18,590 nt of DNA. It comes from Vitrella brassicaformis CCMP3155 (lineage: Eukaryota; Protista; Chromerida). The stretch lies in assembly GCA_001179505.1 (NCBI GenBank), contig CDMY01000807.1:1-18590 (forward strand). The letters are read 5' to 3'. This document shows, piece by piece, positions 17,501-18,590 of this stretch (its first letter is position 1; every line of letters begins with the position of its first letter). A program made the position numbers and the translations under genes. The notes beneath the pieces are model-generated. The model was not told the DNA's origin and did not search any database. It saw only the letters and a program-made list of their open reading frames with translations.

Positions 17501-18505
17501 TTTTATGTCTTCTCCACGTTTCAAGAGAGCCTGATGACGCAATTCAAGATGCTCGTCGGCTCTTGGTAGGCGTGCGTCCCTATCATACGTGTGTGGGAGT
17601 TGCGCACGTTGCTGTCACGCTCACACGTGTGACCGATGTCAGGCCAGAGGAGATTACCAACACAGGAGAGAATTCCGCGCTCATCATCTATTTCGTCATC
17701 TTTGCGCTGGTGGTGGTTTTCATTCTGGTAGGTGGTCATCATGACTGAAGGTGATGATCCCACATGCATCAATGCTGGTGGTCATCAGATGAATTTCTTC
17801 GTGGCGATCATTATCGAAAAATATGAGACGGCCAAGTGAGTGGGTGCGTGTGGGTATGGACACAGCGACAGAGGTGGCCGGATTGCCATGTGTGATGGAT
17901 GGGTATTGCCACGTGTGCAGGTACCAGCTTGAAGAAATGGCGTGCGAGGTCAACAACATTCTCGTCGATAGGTGGGTGAATTGGCGTGTGTGTGTACTTC
18001 CGCTGTGAGGAATTTCCGTGTGTCTCTGTGTCTCCCTGCAGCTACGACCTGATCATTCAGACCGTCGCGAGCACGACCTATCGCTGGCCGCCGAGGACGG
18101 AAATCATATCTGAGCTGGAAGGCAACACACACACACACACAGACGCATACACACATGGCGTCGCACACTCCCTCCGATGTGTGTCTTGCGTGTTGTGTGT
18201 GGCATGTGTGCCTGCCTGGGTGCAGAGATGGATTTCGAAGGCGACACAGTGAGCTACAGTGACTTCAAGGATTATACGTGCTTCAAGGACCGCCCGAAGA
18301 GGAGTGTCCAGGCCCTCTACAGCTACTACGCCTGGTACCAGCTGTCATATGCCCATGGATGTATGTCTTTGTGTGTTTGCGTCCCTGTGTGTCTCTGTGC
18401 ATGTGTCGTGTCGACAGGAGGTTCACCTCATTGCACGTCGACTACACGAGTTCCCTGCCTGCCGCAGTGGCCGCCAAGCTTCAGGACCCGGCCATCTGCT
18501 GGGCG
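11533..18505 (+). CDS. Polycystin-2/TRPP-like cation channel with two LamG/ConA-like domains in the S1-S2 loop; multi-exon, continues past the window end; additional 5' exons possible at 11153-11445
   Basis: S1 FFSFIFLLFMIAVYV, then DLDDVRTVDSVWGFI. Further TM segments at 16740-17280. The S4-S5 linker/S5 reads HPRVAVLVRTCVLAGNDLFHFLLTFIILYVILAFIGYFQFG, the pore region FSTFQESLMTQFKMLVG, and S6 ALIIYFVIFALVVVFIL|MNFFVAIIIEKY (cf. PKD2 LNMFLAII). The last visible exon ends at donor 18506. Confidence 0.85.
16406..16466. repeat. Compound intronic microsatellite (TC)n/(GT)n/(AT)n
   Basis: (TC) run 16406-16424, (TA) run near 16442-16450, (GT) run 16451-16466. Confidence 0.9.
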
Positions 18506-18590
18506 GTAAGTCCCAGAGTAAGAGTGCTTTTACTTTAATAAGACCGATGGACTGGCCAGTCAGTCAAAGTTGTTTCTGTCCATGTATGGC

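Overview
Intron-rich eukaryotic DNA with short GT-AG introns and (GT)n-rich intron sequence; the style resembles a chromerid alveolate such as Vitrella (inference only). Left to right: (1) a complete ~10-exon divergent actin-like gene (126-2222,+). (2) An intergenic mosaic of short direct and inverted repeats with a 17-bp hairpin. (3) A ~6.5-kb transposon island. It holds a non-autonomous chromovirus-type LTR retroelement (3800-6917; gag plus chromodomain, no PR/RT/RH/IN), whose LTRs are composite and whose leader is bracketed by a 30-bp near-perfect inverted repeat that appears to split a tRNA-Ala PBS. Directly abutting it is a decayed CRE-clade (RT + restriction-like endonuclease) non-LTR retrotransposon on the minus strand, with an N-terminal CXC Cys cluster and an 87-aa acidic insertion in the RT. 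(4) A small spliced minus-strand gene ending in a C4 zinc ribbon, 36 nt upstream of the CRE reading frame. (5) A large, 3'-incomplete, multi-exon polycystin-2/TRPP-like channel gene (+) whose first extracellular loop carries two LamG/ConA-like domains and an EF-hand-like motif. No rRNA, tRNA or CRISPR array was seen. Family assignments come from motif recognition by eye; no searches were run.
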